Shown here: positions 47,606-61,259 of the stretch, piece by piece
How positions within the stretch are numbered: position 1 is the stretch's first letter
Layout: every line of letters starts with the position of its first letter
NCBI GenBank assembly: GCA_013115145.1
Contig: JAAPAO010000074.1
Location: 1 to 64,000, forward strand
Reading direction: 5' to 3'
DNA from: Perkinsus chesapeaki ATCC PRA-425
Taxonomy: Eukaryota; Protista; Perkinsozoa
DNA length: 64,000 bases
Program-made: the position numbers and the translations under genes
The notes under the pieces: generated by a model
Database searches by the model: none
What the model was told of the DNA's origin: nothing
The model's input: the letters and a program-made list of their open reading frames with translations, nothing else

Positions 47606-48521
47606 AGATAAAAACTAAAGGATTGTTATTGGTAAGGTGGTAACTCAATAGGAAGGTAAAGTGAGCAAAATGATGGTATTAACCGTAGCTGCTGCTGCTG
47701 CTGCCGACACATGTGATAATGTTATTATAGATAAATATGGTTAAGAATATATTATCATCTCTCTATTCCAACTTTAACTTGCCTTACGACAATATAGTAG
47801 TAATAACAACAACAAGGTGGTGGTGGTAAAGTTAACAGTGATGGTAGTATAAGGGGAGGACAGACAACAGTAGTTGATTGTATAAGATTATAAGACATTA
47901 ACAACATGCACTAATTCATTATATAAGTCATTAAGACGTAGTAGCACTACGAATAGTTCTACCAATAAGGCCCATAAGCTGCTCCCAATCCCTAACAGTT
48001 GCTGATATAAGTTTACTTCTCCGTTTAAGCTGATTACTCGATGGCTGAGGGTAATAATAAAGTAATAGGTTACGTACAGATCCTATTTATTACCCCTATT
48101 ATTATAAGTTTAGGAGCTAACCATTCCATACCATTATTAAGATACTCCAACAGTTCTAAAGCATTACCCTCACTGACTACAATCTAAAGGGGAATGTGAT
48201 AATGCTAATACTATACCCTTTCCTGCTGCTGCCACCACCACCCTTACTATCTGTTTATTTAAATGTGCATAACTAGGTGCTTTATCTTTATATCGTTTAT
48301 CAAATGCCCTTATACATTTCTCTGTCGACTTATATGCCTTGACTCTAACCTAAACCATGATACATGCTACTGCTCCCCAATCACCACGGTACTCCAACCA
48401 CCTACGTTATATGCCTCTGACAAAGAATCCTTTTTAGCTTTAGCATCGCTTTTAAATGCAAGCTCATCAATCCATATAATAGTCCAAGCTAGATCTAAAC
48501 CCCCTTAGATCCAACTATCGA

Positions 48522-49810
48522 CTAATTGCTCTCCTTACTTCTATGATCCACTTGTTGTTGTTCTTCGGTAGTGTTCTTCTTCAATACTGGTGAGCTAGGT
48601 AAGGTATATATTCCTCCTGTTGGGCTATATGGTACTATACCAGAGCATCTAACACCGTCACCATTCCATGATGGGCTACATGACGATGATATATCATCCT
48701 AATGATAATAACAATACTTATACCGTAATATACCACAACAACAACAACACTTACCAGTACATTAACAGCAGCAGTCGCCCCCCTATCATAATCACCTTGC
48801 CGATGAAATAGCCTTCGACGGGGTGGATAGAACCTGTGGCTGTAATAAGCAAATATAATACTACTATCAGCTATTACGAATGACGTGATGCAGATGTTGT
48901 TGTCCTATACTGGTTATCGTTATCACTCCATTTAGCAGAGTATGATGATGCTGTTGCTGGTGAATAAACACATTCCGCCCTCCAATCCACCATGGTTCCA
49001 GGTGGTCCTATTGGTGAGCTAGCTGTCACATTATATAATGTAGGTGAGCTCAATATATGTGTCATATACGGTGATGTTGGTGATACATCAGAGAGTTCTG
49101 GTGGAGGACGCTTCAATTTAGTTGAAGTTGATCCTGGTGGTGGATGATGATACAGTACTTCTGGTGGTGGAGGTGGAGGGATATACTGCACTGATGGGGT
49201 AGGGTTAATACTTACACTGAGGGTAAAGAGATAATAAAAGCGAGAAGGAAGAGCAAGGTAGGCCTACTGTGAAGGAGGAGGAGGTGTCCATCTATTAACT
49301 GTATTAAATGGTGACCAATCACCGAAAGTTCTACTACCTACTACTACTGTTGGGGCTGTAACAGCACTTTGAGGTGACTGAGCTGTTGCAGCTAAATAAC
49401 AGTTATATAAAATGATATACTAGGGATACTTACTCATATTGATAGAATCACCAGGTATATCATCAGCCCACTTAAAAGGTGACTATACCGTAACATCCAC
49501 TAATACCCTAACTTTATATGACCTACCTGTGATATCTTATGAGGTGATGCCAATGGCATTAGCTCAGGTGATGGCATAGATACTCTACCGTATCTTGTTG
49601 AACGGAATACAGCTGCCGGAGCTGTTGAATGATGTACAAACATAGGCCTAGGTCCACGGAAGTCAACAAAAGTATTATGGACCTAAATATCCTTTATAGT
49701 GCGTAACCAATTAACCCGGTTAATACCTCATATCCACTTAGAATCTTCTCGGGATCCCTCGGTATCAAGGGGTCTGGAGTTTGAAGCTGGAAGTATCCAC
49801 TTTGACGCAT
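48522..49810 (-). CDS. Hypothetical Pro/Ser-rich multi-exon protein
   Basis: Minus-strand coding-like segments with short introns; no domain recognised; start uncertain. Confidence 0.35.
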
Positions 49811-50001
49811 TCACACAAGAAGAAAAGACCATAGGACTGTCGTCGTCGGAAACGAGGTGCTCAACACAGCGTCACGCGCCACGAAACACCGCGCACGCCC
49901 CAGATCTTGCTCCGAGTAAGTAAGTTACTATCTGTTAACTTTAAATGCGTAGCTCTAGATCCCGATCAACTACCCCTACCAGAGTAGGAAATAGGCCTGC
50001 T

Positions 50002-52829
50002 ATGGGGTCTGGTACTATATTGAGGTGGTCGGCATTAACGGTAATAATGAATAAAGGGATGGTATAAAGGTGGTGGTGTTCTATAGGCTATTGAACAGGA
50101 ACAATTAGCAGGTATATTAGGTAATCATGGTATACAATTCCGTAAAATAATGGCAAGAGGAGGACACGTAATAATACTGGGGTATATAGTAGATGCATTA
50201 GGTTCAGGTTCATAACGTAGCTTATTTAAGGATAGTATGTGAGCATACTGATGATAAAGTGATGACACGTAATAAGACAAGAGATAGGTCTATTGGACCA
50301 TCTAGGAGGAAGGTAAAGGATGATGAAGGTATGATAAAGGATAGGATGAGAAGGGTAATGGATTATATAGGAACATCATCATTAACAATAAGTGGTGTAA
50401 TGTCTGAAGGGCTAGAGCACGTGAAGGGGGATTGGCAGGATACGCTATCGTTATTAAAGGAGACCTATGCCCCAGTAATATTGGGGTTGAGCAAAGGTTT
50501 ATAATGTAATAGGTATTCGAGGCCCTTGGAGATACTGGCCATGATCGAAGAACCCCTCCTGCTGTATTTAATAGTGATAACGGTAATTTGTTGTTGTTGT
50601 ATTATTATGCACTATATAATATGTTGTTAGAATCCGTGGGTGGAAGTAAGCTACAAAGGACAATGGAGGCATTTTATACAGATAGGAGTGTTAAGGATGC
50701 TACTGTACATTCAGCAAAGGCATTACAATCTACAGGCCAGTCGCAGACACCAGTTGCTGCTATATTTGTAAGTTTTGCCATTATTAATAATATGTATATT
50801 AATACTAGGTAAACTGGCTTACAGGTCGACTAGGTCTACGTCGGTTAACAGATCAAGGTATGATGGAAACACTACTATTAACCCATCGATTACGAGAGGG
50901 TGATATGATGGTAATGGTTATTAGGGTTGGTGCTGGTTCATTACTAGTATTTAGTAGGCTGATATATTTGGTAGGCTATTAGAAGGTTCATATGATACTA
51001 CTGATCTGCTATTCTACCTCTATATTAGATCTATAGTAGCTAGTACTGTAATACAGGTGGGGATCTCAATATTAACTTAACAGCAACAAGACCACTTTAG
51101 TAGGTTGATAAATCACCTAAGTCCAGTATAGGGGGTCATCATCATCCTATTGTAGTTCAGCTACCACTTGCTGATATAAAGTCCCTAGCCAAGAAGTAAG
51201 GCTAGAGATACTATATAGCAGTGTATGTTACTGTATCAATAGGGTATTTGGTAGAGATCAAAAGACGATATATGATACATTTATGCATGTAGTAAGGGGA
51301 GGGAAGGGTGGTGGTACGCTGTAATAGGTGTTAACGGATGAGATATCTAAGGCGGCTGCTACTACAGCTGTAGGAGGGCAGCAGCAGCAGCAGGAGGAGG
51401 ATGGAGATGAACCACTTGTGGAAGTTGGATACTTGATGTGATACTAGTATTAGTAGTGATGATATAAATGATATTAATAGGTACATTGCATTATGGGTGT
51501 ATCATCATCAGAGACCAGAGGTTATAGCATCAGGGCGAACAGCAAGGGAAGGGGGGCAATTAGATCAGACAGCAGCTGTAGTAGTGGATGGTGGTGGTAA
51601 ATATTATATAGATGATGATATAATAAAGGAGGCTAGCACAGCAGCAATAGCTACTAGTAGGGATCTATTGAGTAGAAGCCAAGATGATAAACAATATGTA
51701 GTATAGTTATAGGATTGTTACGAGTGTTGATTATGGTTAATAGGAGAATGTAGTTAACAATGGCAATAAGCATGGATTGGCAATGAAGGTTCAACAACAG
51801 TCATCTACTATTACAGATTATCTACAGTCAATACAACATTATCGTAGAGCACGTCAGGAGTTGGAGGAGGAAGCTGCTGCTAATTCCTGGGGTGGTGAGG
51901 ATAGCACTGTTTATGGTCGTCCATATATTATATAGGCTCTATAGTGACCAGAGATCATCATACAGAGTGCTGCTCAAGAAAGAGTGATGTAATATATTGA
52001 TGGTAGTGATAGTGGATACATGGCTAATAGGAAGGGACAGCAGGAGCAGCAGCAGCAGTGAGGCATGGTTGGGTTAATGATATTATACATGCCTGTCAGA
52101 GGTCTATGATGGATAGTGTGCAGGAGGTAGAGGATGGTGGGGGCTGCTGCTGGGTATGGTAAAGATGGTGGTATCATAGGCACGAGCATCATCAAGGCAT
52201 CCTTTACGGTTAACACATAGTGATTTCGATGCAGCATTAGAGCCATGTGTACAGACAGTATTAAGGGAGGAATGTACATTATTGGTTACTAGGGTACAAC
52301 CTACTACACTAGATGGGGTAGTAAAGTTGTGGGAAGAGCGGTATTATTATGAAGGTTAATGATAGGTAGAGGTATCACATACATCTGGACCACTAGTAGC
52401 TGATGCATTAAATGCAGTTGTTAATGAGCTAACAACAACAGCTGATCAGCTAGTTCAGGTCATATTACCAATGGGAGGGCGGCATCTATAGTAGTAGTGA
52501 TGTAGGTTATTATGGATGGTAGTATAGAGGATTGGAATACATCATTAACACTATTATTGGCTAAGAATAGAGGGGATGATAAGGATATAATAGCAGCAGA
52601 TAGGGTTATATACGAAAGGCTAGTAAGATGGTATAGGGAGGGGAATGGTGTTATGGTGGTGGTGGTGTAGGTTGAATTAAGGGATACTATATTAGCAGAT
52701 GAATCTGGTACATTAAGACAGGCAGCTGTGGGGGACTTCTGTCATACTTTATTGTGTAGTAGTGTATTGAAGACTTATTGTGGTGAATTAATTAAAAGGG
52801 AGATCTTACTACTTATTAACACATCTTAA
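50002..52829 (+). CDS. Hypothetical multi-exon protein
   Basis: Many short plus-strand exons bounded by gta...ag, ending ...KREILLLINTS*; no domain recognised. Confidence 0.5.
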
Positions 52830-52974
52830 TCATTGACGAAGATGCTCCCCTCCTACTCCTACTACTCCCATTCACATAATCATCAACATGGATTATCATC
52901 ATCAGCATCAGCCTTTCTCTTACCTCTACTGTTGTAGTGTTACAGTATAGTATAATGATAATATAGTGGTTAAT

Positions 52975-55192
52975 ATGTCATCACAGGCTGGTGAGGAGGA
53001 TCCTGTAAGCCCTACACTAGTGTGCCCAGAGATAGTACTAGAGCCACATGTAGTGGATGAGATAAAGGATATGTTTAATAAGCAAGATAGAGATGGTGAT
53101 GGTAGAATAGATGCAATAGAGTTAGCTGAGGCATGGAAGGAGGCATTAAGGAAAGGTGGAGCTCAAAAGTAGAGATATACATGGAGACCTGTTGATAGAA
53201 CAGTGCAGTAGTAGGTGTGTTGATACGCAGTTGATGGCGAGTGAAGTGGCACGTACATTGGATATAATGGATATTAATGGTGATGGTACTGTAGACTTAC
53301 AGGAGTTTATACATGCTATGTTAATTAATGGTAGTAATAATAATAATACCAAATTTCCATCAAATCATCTGTAAGGTACCATGCCTAATCGTCTAATGGA
53401 GGTTAATGAGCTAGTAAGACGTAAGCTGCGGAAGGACCCTGGAGTGCTTGATGAGATTATAGACAACTTCATGTTGGTGGAGGAAGGGCTATTTCTTAGT
53501 AGATACTATTGTTAGGCGATTGGATGAGACAGGGGAAGGAAGGCTCACATACAAGCAGATATGTCAAGGCATGTTAACGGATGTTGATGGTGATGATGTG
53601 AAGGTAAGTGATGTTATTAGGGAGATAGAGTATAGTTGTATTGGCAGAAGGAAGCATTAGAGGCTATGGACCTGGATAATAGTGGAAATGTGGACTATTA
53701 TGAATATTTATATTATATATTAGGGAGGCGCAAGGAGAAGGTTGAGCTACTCTAGTCATACCATACTTTCCTCAAATTATCATTACATGTCCCCTACCTC
53801 GTTCAGCTATGATATATCTAACGGCACCTCTAAAGCATTAAGCCCTATATTATTTAGTCATAGAGTTGATGCTATATGGCATACTAGTGTTGTTGTATTT
53901 GGTAGGGAATGGTGGTTTGGTGGTAATGTAAGCATACTCTACAGCTCCCCCTCTTCCCGTCAGCATCATCGCTGCCTTAGGTCTTCCGTAGTATCCCTGA
54001 GACCACTCCTTTTGGCACCCCTATTAAACGTATTGAACTAGGTTATACCCTTCATACTGAGAATGAGCTCTATAATGTAAGGTTGGCGGTGGTCACCGCT
54101 GTAGGGTAGTAGTATGTTGTTGTTGTTGTTGTATAGGTGCTAGTGGAGAGGCTATCATTAGAGTACACACCTGATACATATGATGTTATGACTAAGAACT
54201 GCAATAACTTTACCAATGATGTATCATTATTCCTATTACAGAAGCAGATACCCTTAGATATATTAGACATGCCACATCGTCTAATGGGAAGTGGTCTTGC
54301 TAGGATACTAAGGTTCTTACAACCTACCTATACTACTTCTATCTTACTACCTCTCACACTACTTCAGGCCATTCCTTAACCATTGGCTGGGTGGATTTGG
54401 TGATGATGCTGAGCCAGATAGTGAAGATAACCTATTACATAGTCTAGCTGATAAGCTAGCATCAGGGGATTTGGCGTCGGTTAATACTATGGTAATTAAG
54501 AACCCTCTGAGGAGGAAGAGGAGGATGAGCATGCTCCCTTATCCTTTGCTCAGGTACATTACTCACCACCTGGTCAGCCATCACAGACAGTACAGATAAC
54601 CGCTGTTAATAAGAAGAAAAAGACTGTTACTGTTAGACGATTCCAGTGATATTATTATACATTATTATTACTATTGATAATAGTTCCTCAGGAACGGTGA
54701 ATTTATAATAATAAGAGATGTACCATACTCCAAGCTAAGCTCTATTGATAACTATACTAATGAGCATGCATACTTTGCTGCATTAGCAGTATTATTAAAG
54801 CATGCTGATGAGATAAAGGAAGAGGAGGACCTCAGGCAAATGCAAAAGGTAGGGTTGTAATAATACACTATAACCTTAAAAGCATATTAGATGCGAAAAG
54901 GACTATCGGACGCCTTGCTTGAAGCCTCTGCTGGTGCTGCCTCTGGGGTGGATACTTCTATAAAACTATACGGTAGTACACGTGACATTATCTTAATAAT
55001 ATGTGCAGACTGATGCAGACTGCCCTCCATCGACACGTAAGAAGACCAATCATACCATCATACGGAGTAAAAAGGGCGTTGAAAGGGACACTACTATGGG
55101 AAGTGTCAGCAACAACAGCCCTACACCTACCTGTTGTGGACTACTCTTCTCTAGAAGGTTACCACAGAGTGCCTCGGGATGATGCATGTTAA
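52975..55192 (+). CDS. EF-hand (x4) - PPPDE/DeSI-1-like cysteine peptidase fusion protein
   Basis: EF loops DRDGDGRIDAIE, DINGDGTVDLQE, DETGEGRLTYKQ and DLDNSGNVDYYE. Then KVELLY|YDISNGTSKALSPILF...AIWHTSVVVFGREWWFGG...YDVMTKNCNNFTNDVSLFL, with catalytic His (53880) and Cys (54200). Confidence 0.85.
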
Positions 55193-55270
55193 TAGAAGCG
55201 TAGCTGTGATAGCTGTTGATGTGTTGTTGAGTTAATCCCTTGTTGTTATTGTATTATTAGTATTATTATT

Positions 55271-57157
55271 ATGGACCCATCATTAAAGGGTAATAAGTTA
55301 GGGGGTATAGTGAATATCGAGGATAAGCTGAAGGAGTATCAATCATGGCATATTGATACAAGAGGGATGGTATCTGATGAAGAGAGGAATGCATTTTTTA
55401 AATCCCTCAGATCAAAAGTATTAAGCTGATATCTCTGAGGGTGAGTATTGTTATTATTATTTCAGCCAGCTAACCGTACATGTATCGATTGTATGACTCG
55501 CAATCCAGTATGGATCAGTACTGGCTTTGGCGTTTTTGTATGCTTAAACTGTTCAGGAAGGCATCGTCAAATGGGGGTAATACTATATGCTAGACGGCTG
55601 CTAGTATTTATACCATATTTCCGCTAAATCAGGTACATATTACCTTCGTTCGGAGCTGTGAGATGGATAAGCTGCCACCACAGTATTTAGTAAGCAGTAA
55701 CAGTAAAGAGATGTATCAAGTTTATTGGGCTGCTGTTGCTGCAGATTCAAATGGATCTCGGTGGTAATGAGAGAGCTCGTGACTTCTTTAAACAACATAA
55801 TATGGGACCAGGATGTTCAAAGCCAATAGACTATCATGGGAGGTAAAGAGTAGAAGGAGGCTACTACTAGTAGTAGCTATTTACAGGTGGGCAGCTAAAT
55901 ACAGGCAAATGCTACAGAAGGAGGTTGATGAGGTTATGGGAAAGTAAGAAAGTAGACAAAGGGTAGGAGCAGCAGCAGCTACCGTTATTTAGATTGCATT
56001 ATGATATACCAAATGGAGAGGTAGAGAACGGAAGTAAGGAAGTCAGTAGCAGCATTAGCAGCAGCCCTATGGCGGCAGCAGCAGATAGTACTGAACCGAC
56101 TGCCACTGCTTCCGCTACTGCTGGAGTAGCTGAAGTTATGGTAACTATTAATAAGGGGGGGGTATTATTTAATGTGTATGATAGGAAAGGGGAAGGAACC
56201 ATAATGATGATAAGAATAAGAAGAAGGCAGCTCCAATAGTCATACGGAAGAGGCCGATAGCAGCACCAGTAGTGGTTAAGGCTGATGGTGCTGCTGCCAA
56301 TCCTATACCAGCTACTACTACACATCACACTAGCAGTATATTCGCTGATAATGCTGGAGAGGTGAGGATGGTAGAGGGTAGAGGGTAGTTATCATTCCTG
56401 GTGGTAGTAGGTTGATGACTTTTTTGATCGACTTGAGAAGGAGGCTGCAGCAAACCCTAAACCGTTACCAATGCCTACCAAGCCTAGTGCCCCCATCAGT
56501 GGAGGAGGAGGGTTTGTAAAGCCAGTGCCCTCTAAAGGTAAGTAACAATAATTTTATATAGCTTATTAACATTCAGGACCAGCCCGAGATGATTATACAA
56601 AAGTAACCTCTCCTACAGCAGCAGCAACAGTTCATTCTCCTACCTATTCTAAAGCGGGGCCATCCTATGGGACACCCTCTGCTGCTGGTGCTGGTGGTGG
56701 TGCTGTACCTGATCGGTTACGAGAGAAGAGAGGTACTCGACTCTTGGTATTCCTGTGTATCCCTTAGTGTTGTTATCAATAGGTATATCCTCCGATGATT
56801 TTTTCGATGCTTTGAGCCCATCTTATACAAATCCATCTGAACCATCAGAAAGATTACCAGCATCCTTTGCTACACGACAGAGCTTTGGTAGTGATGATTT
56901 AACACCTGGCGGGGCAAGGAGAGATGGAGGTGCTGCTGGCATGGAGTAAGTATACATTCATTGCAGAAATGGTGTTGTCATTCCCCTTATAATAGTTTCG
57001 ATGACCTTAAAACATCAGCTGCAGTAGCGGCAGAGAAGGGTCTACAATACGCCTCAAAGGTAGTTGGAGTGGATATGTACCTTATATAGTCATTTATTAA
57101 TAGGGTTATGAGGCATTATCCTCCTATATGCGTCGACAGGCAGGAGGGGATTTCTAG
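55271..57157 (+). CDS. ADP-ribosylation factor GTPase-activating protein, ARFGAP2/3 (Glo3) type, multi-exon
   Basis: CIDCMTRNPVWISTGFGVFVCLNCSGRHRQMG (CX2CX16CX2CX4R), VHITFVRS, GGNERARDFF and C-terminal ISSDDFF Glo3-like motif. Confidence 0.9.
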
Positions 57158-57323
57158 TTCACCACCACCACCATTTTAATAACCCCCTCCTTCTCCTCCT
57201 TCACTAATGATAATATACATTACCATTCTGTTAATAATAATAATCATCATCATTATATATGGTGTTGATGTGTTGTAAATGATACTGGTACATAGTGTAC
57301 AGGGGGATGCTCCGGATTGGAAC

Positions 57324-58942
57324 ATGACACCTATCCTCTCCTCTATTGCTCTTCGCGCTACTACCTCCTCAACTTTGGTTTGTATACCGAGGCACATACG
57401 TAGATACACAACACAGCAGCAGCAGCCATGCCACTGGAATATCCGCTATGTTGGGCATGAAGGCAGCTTCTCAGAGGTTAGGTCCCTTCATATGATAACT
57501 GTTGTTATTCTTTATAATTAGATAGCAGCTCGATCACTTCTACTAGCAAGGGGTTATAGATTAGGATCGACCTGTAAGATGGGAGATAACCTTATCATTT
57601 GCCCATCGTCACGCAGCAGTTACATTGAAAGGTGGGTTCTCTACATCTGATGAGCTACTAGCCTTCGCACCAGCAGCAGCAGAAGAAGAGGTCTCTAATG
57701 AGCTTGCTATTGTAGGTGGTGTTTATTCATTGTATATTTTCTAACCAATGGTATAGGTACCTTTTGAATCCTCTGTATTTGGTCCATACATTCATGTTTA
57801 TGATACAGTCCTCCGCGGTGGCCTTAAGATATTTGCTGAATATTCTCAAGTTGAAAAGCACTGCCTTATAGGTATAGTCGATTGCCATGTGCATCTGTGA
57901 CTATCTTCTAAGGTGGTACAAACAATACAACGTTATCTACATTGAAGACGGTTTATTCCCATCCGTGGATTCTTAGAAACAGTACCGATTAATCCTCCTC
58001 CTACCACTTGAGTTTATTTGTTAGGCAGAGAGTTCTTGGTAAAACATAAGTATTCGAGAGTTGAGATAAACTCCACTTCACGTGAGAAATCTCAGCAGAT
58101 ATGAGCAGCAGTCTCAACAGCTTTATTAGATGCCGTGGAGCTCATTGCTGCTCATCGTGATGATCCAACGATAGCTGCTATTGGAAGTACTGTACAGGCG
58201 GAGAAGCATGGTTTACATATCGTAAGACTGTGTGTAGTTGCTGGTGTATTGGAATACTTCCTAGTAGATGAAAGAGAATGTAGCATGTGATGAGAATACA
58301 CAGACACGTTATGCTATTGTTGGTCCGGCTAACATTGATGGGGATATATTGGAATGCCTTGACAATGTGCCTTTGAAATCAGCACTGTGTGTGTCGATAA
58401 AGGTAGCGGATAACCAATAGTGGGTTGCCATCAGGTTTTTGCATATCAGGACGAGCCAAGTGCTCTGTTCAAGGCATTAGCTAGCTTTTCTTTACGTAAT
58501 TTGAACATTAGCAACGTGGTAGGCCCAAACGAGCATGTTTTGGTGCTCCAAAATGCTGCCATTTTCAGGTGCTGAGACCCCTGGCGATGTTCCCTTCCTT
58601 CAGAGAGGCATTACCAGGTGGTGGACAGCATTGGGACTATTGTTTTTATATAGAGTAAACTATTGGAACACTCTGGAGGGTAATGTCGCTATTCAGATAC
58701 GAGGCAGGATCAAATGATTGTGAAGAAGCCTTAGTTGCTAGCTTGAAAGAACTAAGTGGGCCTGTGGTTCAGCGATTGGGCAATGTAACATGCAGCACTC
58801 ATCCGGTTTATACCATTGATGCCACGCCTTTCAGAGGTATCCTTCTTTTGTCCGCCACAGCCATTATCGGCATCCTGATTGGAAGTCTCGATCTGATGAG
58901 AGTGTATCATGGGAGCAGTTGCGAGAATTCTTATCTCGTTGA
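57324..58942 (+). CDS. Prephenate/arogenate dehydratase with C-terminal ACT domain, multi-exon
   Basis: IRYVGHEGSFSE, VPFESSVFG..VYD..L....KIFAEYSQVEKHCL, AAIGSTVQAEKHGL, TRYAIVG, DEPSALFKALASFSLRNLNIS, WDYCFYIE, LG-RYP. Alternative ATG at 57279. Confidence 0.85.
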
Positions 58943-59109
58943 TGACTAAATCACATCGCAGTTATACATAAAGTAGAGTAGCCTCTCCTCCGAGAGTGTA
59001 GTCGTCTTTTTATTAAATTATCTTTATTGTGTTCTTTCTAGTGAGGCCGTCCACATGTTCATTAGTGTAACTAATGCCACGGCTAACGATCGGGTTGAAA
59101 TGTATCATT

Positions 59110-59181
59110 GGTTCTATGGTGTAACGGTTAGCACTCCAGACTCTGAATCTGGCGATCTGGGTTCAAATCCCGGTAGAACCT
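59110..59181 (+). tRNA. tRNA-Gln, anticodon CTG
   Basis: Acceptor GGTTCTA/TAGAACC, anticodon arm CCAGA-CTCTGAA-TCTGG, T-arm CTGGG-TTCAAAT-CCCGG. Confidence 0.96.
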
Positions 59182-59209
59182 ATTTCCCTTTAACACAAAG
59201 CAATTCACA

Positions 59210-61259
59210 TCAATCGATGCTCGCTGTAATTTGCAAGGAGCGCAAGTTGAAGTCTGAACAATCATGTTTACTTTGGTTTGACTTTCGTCCCCATTCTGGT
59301 AGCTGCACTCGTCTAGATCCACTCCCTTTCTTTGATATTGATGATGGTGGGGATGGATCATAATTGGGTGTAGAATCATCATTAACCTCTGGCGTGCATG
59401 CCCTCTGTATCCCTCCTGACGGATTTAGCTTCCTTGGAAGGTATTGTGAAAGGACAGACTCTTCTAGATCACGTGCATCTTCACCGGCGGTAGATACTTC
59501 ACGCTGGAGCTTTTGAACCAATGCATCCTTCTCGTTAACTAAACTTTGCATTTCCCTAACCTAACCAAAGGGCAACCAATACACCGAGACGTAGAGAATG
59601 ACCTACCTGTCCCGTCAGCCATACGCCACGCCTTTCTGCACTCTCTAGGCCCTCTTTAGTTTGCTGACAGCTCACCTCGGCCGCTCTTAGCGCCTCGATC
59701 TTCACGACTAGTTGTGCCTATCGAGGCAGCGTGTATCATATTTAGGCAAGTTATCCCACTTGTGCATCCGACTCTGACTTTTTAAGCCCCTCCAATTTTG
59801 CCTTCAAGGACGCTGCTTCCTGTCGAAGCTCTCCACAGATTTGACGCTCTCGGCAAAGATCTGCTTTTACAGATTGTGCTTCAATAACGGCTTTTACTAA
59901 TCTATCACAGTACGCCCCGATACCGCATGAAGCCCGTAGCGTACGTACCCTTCTATGAGCCTATTCTTCTTTATCGAGTCTTGAGATTCAACTGTCGCTC
60001 GATCAAGGTCAGGACCGCTGCATGCCCAAAGCCATTTGAACATATCATAAAACTCACCATAAGAAGCCTCATCATCGAGTCTCTCGGCAAGTGTACCAGA
60101 GGCGGAATGTACGGCAGCAAGTGTCTCCCTCATCACATCACGTTCTGTGGAGATAAGATTTAGATCTGCTCTAAGGCTGTGTATCTGTAAGGAGACATCG
60201 GTGTCTGTCTGTAGCTCAGCATACACCTACTTCATCCTTTACTCCTGTCTTTATGTCTTGGAGCTCTCGTTTAAGCTTCCTCACATCGTCTAATGCGTCA
60301 TCCCTTTCAACTAGTGCTTCATCAGCCTACTCGGGCAGCATGTTCTATGCTACTCAAGTGCCAACGTACTTGCTTCCTTGCCACCAAAAGGACTTGTCTT
60401 GTCCTTTTCAACTGCCTTGCTATTGCAGCCGGATCATATGGCAACTGCTGCTGTGATGTTATTGGAGCCGTTGACCGCGGGCGCATCATTTGATCGAAGT
60501 ACTGGGCAACTCTGGCGTACACAATTGCTGGGTACCAGAAGCAGGGCCTCACAGGGTAGTGAAACTCATGCAAGTGAAGTAAGTGGAAAAGTTTGTATCA
60601 TGCAAAGTAGCAATACTGTTGTTGTTGTTGTTGATGATGATGTTGTTGTTGTCGTGGTACAACTCCTATACCACCATAAAAAGTGCTACCGACTGGGGGA
60701 TATGCTATGGCTTGCTGTGGCGGTGTTGCTACTATAACTGGGCACATATTAGAATGTTTTACATCAATGCTACTGGTATTATTAATAACTCTATGATACA
60801 CAGCTGGATGATGATGATGCTTTCCTACACTCTGCTGATATACAGAGGGATTAATACTTTTAGGAGACCGCACTTCGAGGCTACTACGAGAAGGAAGAGG
60901 AGGAGGAGGAGAAGCCTTCACTTCCTCATACTTGTGGTTATTAATATCAGCTAGCTGATGATGACGATGAGGAGTTTCTCCTTCGTCATTAGTTTGCAAT
61001 CGAGTCGAGTGCTGCATAGCAACATCAGCTGCAACTGAAGCCTCGACGCCTGTACTGCCGACAAGACAACTTCTCCCTTCTGGTGTAGTGCCCCCCACGG
61101 TAGTAGAACAGAGAGATGGGTTATGATACGGCATGTGCAACTTGAAGGCCTCCTCACGCTCTTGTTGCATCTGCTCTATCCTTTCTTCTAATGTTATACC
61201 TAACATACTATCTCAATGCTAACAGCTATACTGTACTAGCCCTACCATTGGCTTTCCAT
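59210..61259 (-). CDS. Coiled-coil protein of unknown function, multi-exon
   Basis: ITLEERIEQMQQEREE, LRADLNLISTERDVMRETL and SLVNEKDALVQKLQREV heptads; stop at 59210. Confidence 0.55.

Noticed and set aside
47661-47675. Minus-strand cattttgctca upstream of GBF1 resembling the 3' end of the dinoflagellate/Perkinsus spliced leader
   Set aside because: Only ~11 nt with a gap, which is expected by chance; I saw no full spliced-leader sequence in the window.
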